A stretch of DNA of 64,000 bases from Octopus sinensis. Taxonomy: Eukaryota. The position numbers and the translations under genes are program-made. Positions 23,910 through 35,809 of this stretch are shown here, one piece after another. The stretch spans positions 78,306,001 to 78,370,000 of the forward strand of contig NC_043004.1 of assembly GCF_006345805.1 (NCBI RefSeq). The letters are read 5' to 3'. The stretch's first letter is position 1. Every line of letters starts with the position of its first letter. A model generated the notes under the pieces. The model saw only the letters and a list, made by a program, of their open reading frames with translations. It searched no databases and had not been told where the DNA came from.

Positions 23910-25782
23910 CATACATAAATACAGATATATGCACACACACACGAAAACAGCTGATATGAATATTTAATAGCTTGTTTAATGAGAATCAAGATTATTTCGG
24001 TGACTCTACCAGTTGCCCCCATTTCTTTGGTATCTGAGTGTTTGTTGTTGTTTATGTCAGAAGATTTCAGAAACTTTGGAAGATATGAAGCAAAACATTT
24101 TTAATGGTGCGGCTTGAAGTAGATAAAGCTATAAATTATTGCATGTAGAATATTGGGTAAAAAAAAAAATCCTTTGGATAGAAAAAAGTGAAACACTAGC
24201 CATGGCACTGATATGTACACCTTTTGTGAACATGAATCACAGTCAAGGCAGACACTGGTGTCATGCAGCTGGCACCTGTGCCGGTGGCATGTAAAAACAC
24301 CCATTACACTCTTGGAGTGGTTGGTGTTAGGAAGGGCGCCCAGCTGTAGAAAACCATGCCAAATTAGACTGGAGCCTTGTGCAGCCCCTCAGTTTACCAA
24401 CCAGCATGGACAACGGATGCTAAATGATGATGATGATGATGATGTATGTTCTAACCATTATACTAAATGAACCCTTTGAATTTTCTTCATTGATTGTAGA
24501 ACAGTTAGGGATTAACCTGTTCTGTTCTGGACCATTCTTTCTCATTCTATTGCATAAAACCACCTCCCTTTTGCTGTGGCCCCTCTCAGTCAAAGGGGTT
24601 CTTACTCTTACAAACTACATGGCAACCTCATTAGTGCTGGTGGTAAGAAAAAAGCACCCAGTACATACTATAAAGTGGTTGGTGTTAGGAAGGGCCTCCA
24701 GCCAGAGAAACTATGCCAATGCATTGGGTCCTGTCCAACCCATCTCAACATGGATGATGGACATTAAATGATGATGATGATAATTTGAAACAGTTGAAAT
24801 GCTTTTTATCATGAAGTAATCATTTTGAAATGTTTTAAATTCAAACATTGAATGCTTACTGGCAATCAGATTAAATATTTATCTATCATATACTGTACTT
24901 TTAATTTCTTTCTCAAAAAAAAAAAAAAAAGAAAAGGTTTTTTGAGATACTTTTATAAATTTATCTTTGTGGATGTAAAGCTATATATAGTCATGAATAG
25001 GGCTTTTAATTGGTCAAATTGATAGTTTCAAACTTTAGGTTGAAGAATCAACAGTTACTATAACCACTGTCAAACTTGTCTGTAAAATAAGGCTCCAATG
25101 CTCTGTAGTAGCCACCATTTTAAATACCAACAACACTGTAGTTAACTGGTACGCAATTTGTTATGACAAGGGTTCCATTGATCCCATCAATGGAACAGCC
25201 TGCTCGTGAAATTAATGTGTATACATGTGTGTATATGTATATGTTATATATACTGTACTTTAACGTGTATAAGGTAATTCCTAATTTGGAGATTTGAGGT
25301 ACGAGGAATTAATTTATTTATATCTATAATACTGTCTGTGTATAAGAAACTCCCATATTTTTTTAACCTAATTTTCGACAAAAAAGGGTTCCTTATAGAT
25401 ATTACAATGCGTTGATGATGATGATATATCTATAATGTCTGTGTAACTGTGTCTGTTAGTCATTCCCCCAACTTGACAACCAGTGTTGGTTTGTTTATGT
25501 CCCTGTAACAGCAGTTCAGCAGAAGAGACTGCTAGAATAAGTACCAGGCTTAAAAAGCAGAAACATAAGTACAGGGGTCAACGTGTTTGGCGAAAACCCT
25601 TTGAAAGTGGTGCCCCAGCATGGCCTAGGTCCAATGACTGAAGCAAGTAAAATAATAAGAGACAGCCTCAGTATTCAGCAATATGAATTACATCAGGTAT
25701 CTGTGCTTCTTGGCCACAACTGCTTCACCTGTGAAGAGACAAGCTTCCAATTATTTGCTGCCGTTTCTATTCAACCATTCAT

Positions 25783-26150
25783 GTTGTCAGCGTCCCCAAA
25801 GTTCATCCCCTCCTCACCGTGGTGGGGACGCTGGCAACGGGTAGTGTCAGAGCTATGCTGTCGGGAACTTCGGTTCCTGGTAGGGCCACCCAAGGCGGAT
25901 TGGTCTGACACTGAGTGGTATTAGGGCCACAACCCGGTGAAAATCCTCGGAGTGTCTGTTTCGGCAACCGGTGGCTCCTCGGTCGTTCTGTCCCTGCGTC
26001 TGCAGACAATCCGTGGCAAACAGGATGTCTCCACATGCGGGATTGTTGGGGACTGCTTGTGAAATCTACATATTCCTACGAAACTTCTTCCATGAGTAGA
26101 AAAAGCCGACTCAACCTGCCCGGGGTGAATGTCACCACAAGTAAGTAAGG
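25783..26150 (+). mobile_element. GC-rich RTE 5' UTR-like segment with strong RNA secondary structure
   Basis: Stems are visible directly (see findings). The motif gagctatgctgtcggg...cctggtagggccaccca.ggc resembles 5' UTRs of Rex3/Expander-type RTEs as I remember them; not verified by search. Confidence 0.55.
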
Positions 26151-26765
26151 TGTCGCCGTTTGAACCAGACTATGACACTCTCCACTGCGTGTCTTTGGAG
26201 GAAATTTCTGAAATTGTCATGATGTCTGCAAGCTTATTTTCTCAGTGATGCCTTCACAAGTACGAAACATTTGAACCAACAACACCAACAGCAATGTGTA
26301 CATTTGATATTCCTTGTTTGTTTGAGTTGCTTACAAAATGTCTGCTGTAGTAAGAAGAAAGCTTATTTTGGTTGCATGAAAGTTGAATGAACAGCTGTTG
26401 TCATATTGAAAACCTTCCCTGTTAGCATACTAGATTAACTAGCTCACTACTGACTTGTAGCAATTGCCGATACGATTGCCAACACTTCTATTTTAGCCCA
26501 CCCATATTTATTGATTTATTACAGGATTTTTTTTGTCTTCTCTCTAATATTTTTTTGTTTATTTTTATTTTTTAATTTTTTTTTTAAATAAACACCCCCC
26601 TTCCATCTTTAAACATGTCCCCCGCCAATTTTGTCTTCTCTCAAGTATTTTCAGATATATATTCCTGGCCCCGTTTTGGTTTTCATTTTTGAATTCTCAG
26701 AATCAAAATAGTTGTTTTTCTTTGTTTATATGTTTTGTAGCATTCATAGATATATTTGTGATCTA

Positions 26766-26812
<47 letters not shown>

Positions 26813-26918
26813 TTGATCTTAAGGAACAAGCTGAGAGTGAGTGAAGTAAGCACTAGTATAGTAAATGTGGTGAGCAGTAGATTGTGAGCTTTTAACTGCG
26901 AGGAGACACAGACACACA

Positions 26919-26954
<36 letters not shown>

Positions 26955-27259
26955 TTCTCATTCTCTCTCTCTCTTGTGAAATATGTAGTAGTAGATATGA
27001 TAGAAGACAACTTCTTATTCATAGGGTTCAAATCCACTGCAGGTAGAATAGAATAGAATGACAGTTGAACCAAGACTCCCCCTCCCCTTCTCAGTTCTAT
27101 GATTCAAATTTCAGGTTTTAAAAGATGATTTAAATAAAAGCCTTTCACGAAAATTTTATGCTATGTTATGTTTGAAACATCTGATTAATGATGACAAACT
27201 TCTTTTACCAAATTCCTCATTATTTTCTAAATTAATAGAAACAAAGACAGTGGATTTCA

Positions 27260-28000
27260 ACATCATCATCATCATCATTCCATGCTAGCATGGGTTGGAC
27301 GGTTCGACAGGGGTCTGGGAAGCCAGGAGGCTGCACCAGGGTCCAGTCTGATCTGGCAGTGTTTCTACAGCTGGATGCCCTTCCTAACGCCAACCACTCC
27401 AAGAGTGTAACGGGTGCTTTTATGTGCCACCAGCACGAGGGCCAGTCAGGCGGTACTGGCAACGGTACTGGTACTGAAGAACGACCTGGGGATGCTGAAC
27501 TTAAGCACATATGTGGTGCATTGTATAAGCATTAAGCACACTCTGTAAAGTGGTTGGTATTAGGATGGGCATCGGGCTGTAGAAAACCATGCCAAATCCG
27601 ACTGGAGTCTAGTGCAGCTCCCCAGCTTGCCAGTTCTGGTCAAACCATTAAACCCATGCCAACATGGACAACAGACATTAAATAATGATGATGATAGTGT
27701 GTTTGTGTATGCATATATATATGTATATCATCATCATCATCATCGGTTAACATCCGCTTTCCATGCTAGCATGGGTTGGACGGTTTGACTGGGGTCTAGG
27801 AAGCCAGGAGGTTGCACCAGGCTCCAGTCTTATCTGGCAGTGTTTCTACAGCTGGATGCCCTTCCTAATGCCAACCACTCCGTGAGTATAGTGGGTGCTT
27901 TTTACGTGCCACTGGCATGGAGGCCAGTTGAGGCGGAGCAGGCAACAGCCCTTTTTACGTGCCACTGGCACAGAGGCCAGTCAAGGCAGCGCTGGCCAGT
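27260..28000. mobile_element. Cluster of three RTE-tail repeats (minus 27260-27480, plus 27530-27695, minus 27728-28000)
   Basis: Each carries gttaggaagggcatccagctgtagaaa...aacccatgc(t/c)agcatggaaa-cggacgttaaa-(TGA)n, which matches the 3' end of the RTE at 20480-20678. Further + copies at about 14230-14430, 15110-15290, 17830-18020, 22690-22875, 24240-24445, 24620-24782, 43355-43500, 49350-49546, 56935-57165 and 57880-58070. Further - copies at about 7640-7950, 20792-20985, 49617-49830 and 51514-51830. Confidence 0.85.
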
Positions 28001-28774
28001 CGAGCATAGTGTTTATAGTGCAGAATATATGGTAGAGAGTATATATATATCACACTAAACAAGTCATAAAAATTTATTTGTCAGACTCTTAAGATTATGT
28101 AACAAAATGTTAACATGAAGTAATAGTGTTTATATTGTTATGCATATCATTTGTAAAATGTCCTAAACAGTTGCATGTTGCTTGAGTGCCATGTCTGTCT
28201 TAAATTTGTCTACGGTTAAATCTAGCCACGGGAAGATTATTCTTTAGATTAAGTCTCTTTTTTTTTTGTAGAAGTATTGATAAATGAGTTACGTGAAGGC
28301 TGTCAGAAAATTGCAGTTTATTGACTTTTACGTAATTGTACGTTAGCTTCTGTTAAATGTGTCTTGACTTTGACACAGACCAGATACTGTTAAAAGTATC
28401 ACTGCAATGAAGTTGTCTGAAGCTGTTGAAAGGTGAAGGTGGTCTTATTTCACACTGATTGTTGTTATTGCAGCAGAGCCTCTTGTCGGAGCAAACAGCG
28501 TTATTAAAACAAGATATGTTGTTTTGATGGATGGTTCCTTTTATTGCAAGATTCTTTAATCATTTTATTGCAAAATCAATTTTTTTATTGATTATCATCA
28601 AATATCAGTGATTCACTAAAATTAAAAATATTGATTTGGTTTCTTTTTATTTATTTAGTTGTAGGATGCCCCATTTTTCGGAAGAGTAATCCTTATATTT
28701 TGTTGAACTAGTTTTCGTAACTCACAATTCCAAAACCAGAAGTTTCTTTATCTTGAATCTTGAATCTTTTGTTT

Positions 28775-29090
28775 ATTACTTGTTTCAGTCATTAGACTGT
28801 GGCCATTCTGGGGCATCACTGAAGAATTTTAGTACTTCTTTTTTGTTTTAAGCCTGATATTTCTTTCGGTTTCTTTTGCCAAATTTCTAAGTTATGGGGG
28901 TCATAAATGCACCAACACACATAGATACATACATGATGGGCTTCTTTCAGTTTCTGTCTACCAAATCTACTCACAAGGTTTTGGCTGGACCAAGGCTATA
29001 ATAGAAGACACTGGTCTGAAGTGTTATGCAGTGGTACTGAACCCAGAACCATGGGGTTGGGAAGCAAAACTTCATACCGCACAACCACAT
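28775..29090 (-). mobile_element. SINE family A
   Basis: Reverse complement of family A. Confidence 0.78.
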
Positions 29091-30861
29091 AGAAGTATAC
29101 CAATAGTTGTTGTTCTACGTAGACTAAATTCTGTTGGAATCTTTTGTATCTTGTCATTCGTTGAATTCTGTCTTACAGTTTGGAAAGGTAAACAAAATTT
29201 GGACTCTATTTAAAAACAAGATGTATTAATAACTAGTCTGTCCTGTTTGGTGTCCATTTATTGAAAATATCAATAGGCAGACAATTAAAATGTGATGAGT
29301 TCAAGCTGTAACAAGTATTTACAAGTTAAACCTTTATCTATTTATAAAGTAAAACTTCAGTGGCATTGAGATGTCAGGTGCAAGAGATCAGATGATTATT
29401 GTTCATAAGATGTTGTCATCAACTCAGCTGACTGGTGATTGTTTCTTTACTGTAGATTCCCCGTCTTTCAGAAGAAAGCCACATGCTTGCTCAGTAACCC
29501 TTCCTAGATTTGAATTCTTCAGTCTGTAGGCCATCATCCTGGGGTGTTGTCTCTCTGTTTCTTTTATAACTACTATTCTGGACAGTATCCTTCAAAACTT
29601 GCCATCTTTACTCTGCCTCCTCCTCGAAGCAACTGCTTTCATAGACTGATGTTATGATTATAACAAGGCACTAAAAAGAGTGGCTTTGCTGATAAGTTTG
29701 CATATATGGCAGACTTTCACTTCTGCCCCCAAACCCGAAGAGAGTTAGAAAGGTAATTTAGTACAATCTTTCATTTGATCTGGATGTAACTACTAATATA
29801 GCTAGAAGTTTCCTGTTACTAATGAAACAGCATTTCCCATAGGAATGAATCATAAACGATTTAATGCCCATAGTGTCAAGGTTAGTTATTGATGTTTAGA
29901 TAATACTGCTTCTAATACTACTTGCATCAACAAACATACCTTCACAAGTCTCAACCCCAACTGGTAACTGCTGAAACCCACCAACTACCTGTCAGAAGAA
30001 TCCTGCTTCCCAAAGGCTGTGATCTATGAAGCTACCCTCACAGCATTATGAGATGCTACACTGTCATAACAACCAATAATTACAAAAAAGTTTTGCACAA
30101 CACATGTGCTCCTTCTGGACATAAGGAAAATTCCACTGGTGCTTTGTCTGAAAATTGTGGGATCAAGGATTCAACTGTCCAAACAACACATGAAGCATTT
30201 TTGTCAGAATCCTTCCTTATTCACATGGAATTTGTAATTGCCAACTCTGTCCCTGTGAGAAACTGGATATACTGCAGCAGCCATCAACAGGAAACCTAAT
30301 CTGTCCTTTTGTTAACAGAGAAGACATGTTCTGTTCATACACTTGAAATACTTGGCCATTGTTAGCTTTAGATGGTTCCTACATAATTGAAGGGCAAATA
30401 ATATTTGTTTTTCCACAATGAGATTATTTCTCTTCGATGTACAATCATCCAGACATGACATCATGTGGGTAACATTACACAATGCATCTATGTTAACATA
30501 CAAACTGATAAGTGCCAGACAGGTTACTTTGTCACATGGAAGGTCATTAACTGGCATTACCTACTTTACAGATTACTGACTATCTGACACTCGTAGACTG
30601 TCTCCTTTACCACAAAGAGCATACATAAAATCAACCACTGTCACATGCCCACATAACCTGAATATTTAGAGCAGTGTTTCTCAACCCTATTACCCTTGCA
30701 TAACCCTTAAAATAAATTACATGTCTCAAGGAACCCTTGCACAAAAAATTTATATATCATATCTTTCTCATTTTTTCTTCGTAGTTCATGTGGAAAATAT
30801 CATTCATATATATATAAAGCATAATTTATTCATAATCAGAGGCGTTTGTAAAATGAGCTAC

Positions 30862-30944
<83 letters not shown>

Positions 30945-31043
30945 ATATAAAATTAAATAAGGGTAGAAATTGATATTAATCAATTAAAACCAGTGGCCTA
31001 GCATGTTTTAAAAAAATCCGAAGATTAAGAATTTTTTTATATA

Positions 31044-31522
31044 CAAAATTTAGAGGACTGATCACTAAAAAAATGGACAGCTTATATGCTAGATATAGAC
31101 GTCAAAATCACCATTTTCCATGAAGAATGTGTTCTCAAGAAAAAATTCAGCAAAAAACCAAAGTGTAAAATAAGCAAGGCAAATAAAAATATACGAAAAT
31201 TAAAAAAACGATTACCTATGTACTAATTGGTTTCACTTGTTAATATTTACGTATATGGATACACAAACATCTGCAAGATCATCAGCATAGTCTGTCGTTT
31301 GTGTATCCATATACGTAAATATTAACAAGTGAAACTAATTAGTAATTAGGTAATCATTTTTTAAATTTTCATATATTTTCATTTGTCTTGCTTATTTTTA
31401 CACTTTGGTTTTTTGCTGAATTTTTTCTTGAGAACACACTCTTTGTTGAAAATGGCGATTTTGACGTCTATATCTAGCATATAGGCTGTCCATTTTATTA
31501 GTGGTCATTCCTCTAAATTTTG
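31044..31522. repeat. Long foldback inverted repeat: ~225-bp arms (31044-31268 / 31298-31522) with a 29-nt spacer
   Basis: For example atttacgtatatggatacacaaac / gtttgtgtatccatatacgtaaat, and tagatatagacgtcaaaatc / gattttgacgtctatatcta; colinear along the whole arm. Confidence 0.92.
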
Positions 31523-31740
31523 TGTGTGTGTGTATATGTATATATGTATATGTATATATGTATATGTGTATGTGTATATGTGTATGTATATATGTGTATG
31601 TATGTATGTATATATATGTATAAATGTGTATGTATGTATAGCTATGTATGTGTATGTATGTATGTATGTATGTATATATATATATGTATGTATGTATGTA
31701 TATGTATGTATATGTATATATGTATGTATATGTATATATG

Positions 31741-31815
<75 letters not shown>

Positions 31816-31860
31816 GTATGTATATATGTGTATGTACATATATGTATATATAAATGTGTT

Positions 31861-31902
<42 letters not shown>

Positions 31903-31915
31903 TAAATAAATAAAC
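31520..31915. repeat. Compound (TA)/(TG)/(TATG) microsatellite ending in (TAAA)n
   Basis: Direct reading; explains the overlapping YIYI/MYVC ORFs. Confidence 0.95.
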
Positions 31916-32115
31916 TCGACTAAAGATAGAAAACTCCGAATGACCTGCCCTTGTTTTCTCTTATCTTCTATCTGGATGTTTTGTTGTCCCTTTTTTGTAT
32001 CACCTAACTGTCTGGATGTTTTGCGTTCTTGTCGTGCACACACACACACACACACAAATTGATTCTGCCATCTCACCACATATGTATACATATATGTATA
32101 CACACACACACACAT

Positions 32116-32407
32116 ACATGGGTCGTGATTGCTGAAGACATTAGTAGGGTTGAAAGAAATGAAGCTAGCATGATCTGCTGGATGTGTAATGTCAGTGCAC
32201 ACACACGACAGTGTAAGGGCCCTGAGAGAAATGTTAGACATAAGAGGCATTGGATGTGGCGTGCAAGAGAGACGTTTGCATTGGATGAGGAAAGCTGTGT
32301 GAAGAAGTTCCACTCCCAAACAGTGGAAGGAATCCAGGGTTGAGGGAGACCCAGGAAGAACTGTCCAACCCATGCCAGCATGGAAGACGGATGTTAAGTG
32401 ATGATGA

Positions 32408-32411
<4 letters not shown>
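32116..32411 (+). mobile_element. Internally deleted copy of the same RTE family (ORF C-terminus fused directly to the terminal ~45 bp and (GAT)n tail)
   Basis: [26 protein letters not shown]...RRLHW...GRPRK is homologous to 19660-19925. At 32360/32361 it jumps to ctgtccaacccatgccagcatggaagacggatgttaagTGATGATG. Confidence 0.85.
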
Positions 32412-32474
<63 letters not shown>

Positions 32475-32819
32475 CGAGGTCTCTGTCTCAGTTTCTGTTT
32501 ACAAATTTACTCACAAGCCTGAGGCTACAGTAGAAGACACTTGCCCAAGGTGTCAGACAGTGGGAGGACTGAACTCCAAACTATTTGGTTGGGGAGTGAA
32601 CCTCTTAACCATACTGCCCTTCCTGTTCCCTTTTTATTCATAAAAAGTATTCGAAGCACACTTGCTGCAAGTTTCAGACCATTAATTTTTACTTTTTACC
32701 AATTAGTCTAATGATTCCGAATCACAGAAATTGTATTCTCTCCAGGAAAGCAATTGTGTGTGTGCGCCTGCATGCATGCACGTGTGTGCCTTTTATGATT
32801 TAGTTTTAAATAAGTTTTA

Positions 32820-33200
32820 AGCGCAGGCGTGGCTCTGTGGTAAGAAGCTTGCTTCCCAACCACACAGTTCCGGGTTCAGTCCTACTGTGTGACACCTTGG
32901 GCAAGTGTCCTCTACTTTAGCCTCAGGCCAACCAAAGCCTTGTGAGTGGATTTGGTAGATGGAAACTGAAAGAAGCCCGTCGTATATATATATGTGTGTG
33001 TGTGTGTCTGTGTTTGTCCCCGCCACCATTGCTTGACAACTGATGTTGGTGTGTTTACATCCCCATAACTTAGTGATTCAGCAAAAGAAACCAATAGAAT
33101 AAGTACTAGGCTTACAAAGAATAAGTCTTGGGGTCGATTTGTTTGACTAAAGGCAGTGCTCCAGCATGGTCACAGTTAAATGACTGAAACAGATAAAAGA
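32820..33200 (+). mobile_element. SINE family A, full length
   Basis: Colinear with 34667-35073. Confidence 0.88.
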
Positions 33201-33883
33201 ATAGAAGTACATTTTCAGATTAATCTGTTTCGGCAAATACTTTCGTTCACTAATTAATAATTTTTGAGGTTTTTCTGACCCTTTTTTAGACCATCACACT
33301 AACCATAGTTATTTCAGTTGTAAGTTAACAGGTTACGTAAGAGACATAACTTTCTTTTGTAGGGTGCCATGGGGTGAGGGACAGGTTATTGACTGGTGGA
33401 TGTGTGTGTGTGTTGTGGGTGGTGGTGTCTATTTCTGGCTTAATTTAGTGCAGGTGATCTTTAATTTAAATTGTCGGGGTTTAGTGCAGGTAATCTTTAA
33501 TTTAAATTGTTGGGGTTAGTAGTTGCAGGGAGAAAATATGACCAATATGGGGGCACCTGTACAGGAGGTCAATGAATTAGGTAATTGAATAAGAAAAAGT
33601 GGATGGAGTATGGCAGTGGCAAGAGGTGGGAGAATTAGGCGACCTTGGGCTGCAGGGTTATATCTGTACTAAGGTAGCATAATAATTTGCCTTATAAATT
33701 AGTGCTAGAAGGAACAATTTGACAAAAATTGAACTGTCACTATATTGTTTATTAGAAATTAATTATATTATGAAGAACCTTAAAGGATTTAAATGGGTAG
33801 AAGATGTGCAAAATGATTTTTATCTGTTATGTAATGAATTAAGCACTTGTTTTGATGGGTAGTTAATTTGTTGATTGATATTT

Positions 33884-34644
33884 CAGGCAGGTAGCGCATG
33901 AAAACGTTTAGTATTCCTCATACAAAATGAGAAAGGGCCAATTTTTATCCCAAGCCATCAAGGACAAGAGGAAGGACCATGCTACGAAGCTTTTGAGAAT
34001 ACTTAAGCATCCCCTCCAACCAAACATGCTTTGGTGTTTCTCAGACGAGAAAATTTTCTTTGGAGTGATCACTAGTGATGGCGATGTTATGCCTCCATTC
34101 ATCTTCCCACACGGCTTCAAACTCAACACGGAGGCCTACATCAAGTGTCTGGAGGAGGTAGTGCTACTTGCTGCCTTGGGTGAAGAGGTTGGCTGCTGGA
34201 ACACCCCATATCTGGCAGCAGGACTCTGCATCATATCATACAAGTAGGAGAACCCAGTCATGGCTGTCAGATAATTTCTGTAACCACATCACCCCTAACA
34301 TCTGGCCACCCAACTCCCCAGACTGCAATACCCTTGATTATTATGTGTGGGGTGCAGTTGAGCAAGAGACCATCAAAACTCTCTGTAACACCAAAAATGA
34401 ATTGAAGGCAAGGATCATCGCAACATTCACCAACGTAAACAAGGAGACCGTCCAGAAGAGTTGCAGGAGATTCCAAAGTCGTCTGGAGCTTGTGGTTGAA
34501 GTCAATGGCGATTTTATTGAAAAAATTTACTCTTTATTATTTCAAGATATTTTTTTGTAATTTTGGTAAATATATGTTAAAGCACGATGTCAGTGTTACT
34601 TTCATTTTTGCATAATTTAGACAACAATATATTCACTGCACCCT
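33884..34644 (+). mobile_element. Tc1/mariner DD37D (maT/mori-type) transposase remnant with right TIR
   Basis: YKMRKGQFLS...WCFSDEK...(deletion)...FGVITSDGDVMPPFIF...WQQDSASYHTS...WPPNSPDCNTLDYYVWG. There are 37 residues between the 2nd and 3rd catalytic D (counted). It ends ...attcactgcaccc followed by (TA)n. Frameshifted. Confidence 0.92.
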
Positions 34645-34666
34645 ATATATATATATATATATATAT

Positions 34667-34837
34667 AGGCGCAGGAGTGGCTGTGTGGTAAGTAGCTTGC
34701 TAACCAACCACATGGTTCCGGGTTCAGTCCCACTGCGTGGCATCTTGGGCAAGTGTCTTCTGCTATAGCCCCGGGCCGACCAATGCCTTGTGAGTGGATT
34801 TGGTAGACGGAAACTGAAAGAAGCCTGTCGTATATAT

Positions 34838-34877
<40 letters not shown>

Positions 34878-35073
34878 GTTTGTGTTTGTCCCCCTAGCAT
34901 TGCTTGACCACTGATGCTGGTGTGTTTACGTCCCCCGTCACTTAGCGGTTCGGCAAAAGAGACCGATAGAATAAGTACTGGGCTTACAAAGAATAAGTCC
35001 CGGGGTCGATTTGCTCGACTAAAGGCGGTGCTCCAGCATGGCCGCAGTCAAATGACTGAAACAAGTAAAAGAA
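34667..35073 (+). mobile_element. Full-length, young tRNA-derived SINE (family A; best-preserved copy), inserted in (TA)n
   Basis: Head aggcgcaggagTGGCTGTGTGGtaag (A box) ... GGTTCAGTCC (B box), core ttgggcaagtgtcttc...gaaactgaaagaagcc, internal (TA)/(TG) tract, tail ...ggggtcgattt...cagtcaaatgactgaaacaagtaaaaga. It retains many CpGs that are lost in the other copies. Confidence 0.9.
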
Positions 35074-35091
35074 TATATATATATATATATA

Positions 35092-35165
35092 TAGGGCGCA
35101 GTGAATATATTGTTGTCTAAATTACACAAAAATGAAAATAACACTGACCTCTCATTTTAACATAT
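35092..35165 (-). mobile_element. Second maT terminal fragment, an inverted copy of 34573-34645
   Basis: tagggcgcagtgaatatattgttgtctaaattacacaaaaatgaaaataacactgac...ttaacatat is the reverse complement (about 85-90% identical by eye) of the right end of the element above. Confidence 0.85.
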
Positions 35166-35809
35166 GTGTGTGTGTGTGTGTTTATGAGATACATTGTTAT
35201 TCCCCAGAGTTGTTTGTTTGTGCTGTTGCAGTGTTTATGCACTAGTTTGCTTGTTTAGTTTCATATGTTTTCTGTGTAAGCTGAGAATGGTATTTGGTAA
35301 TTCCTAGTGTTTCTGTTTTCTGTGTGTGTGTGTGTATGGTGGTTACATTTGATGTTCTTTAGTGTCATTGGTAAGAATGGAAATAGCAAATTTAGTCGAT
35401 GCTAATTTTAGTCCGTTTGTTGTTAAGAGCCTGATTTTACCCCAGTTCATGTAAACCTATTTTCTGGGTTGAAATGTTCAGATAAATAACAAACTATCAG
35501 TTAATAATACCAACTACACCTAGTTTTGTTATTTACCAACAACATCAGTTATTGGATTTTAATGAGCTTATTTTGTTTTCGGTTTGATTTATATTTGGGC
35601 TGTGTGTGACAGAGAGTGACAAAGATTGCTGACAAGTTAGTTCTAGTTTCGGTTTCCAGACATTCTGTTGTTTTTCTCAATCGGGCACTTGATAGAAATT
35701 CTAACTTGAGGTGCATAGCAATTCTATACACTGGGATACATTTACTTTCCACTTACATTACTGTGGCCAACGTTAAGTAAACACTGGTGTTATTGAGTTC
35801 AAGTGGCCA

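Noticed and set aside
31520-32373. Several long YI/MY-rich ORFs, including the 243-aa minus ORF
   Set aside because: They come from the microsatellite plus the antisense strand of the RTE fragment.
33444-33520. 36-bp tandem duplication
   Set aside because: Two diverged units only; an ordinary local duplication with nothing pointing to function.
34667-34740. tRNA-like heads (also 11200, 57176, 62320 and others) as tRNA genes
   Set aside because: A and B boxes are present, but there is no complete cloverleaf or acceptor stem, and each continues into a SINE core.
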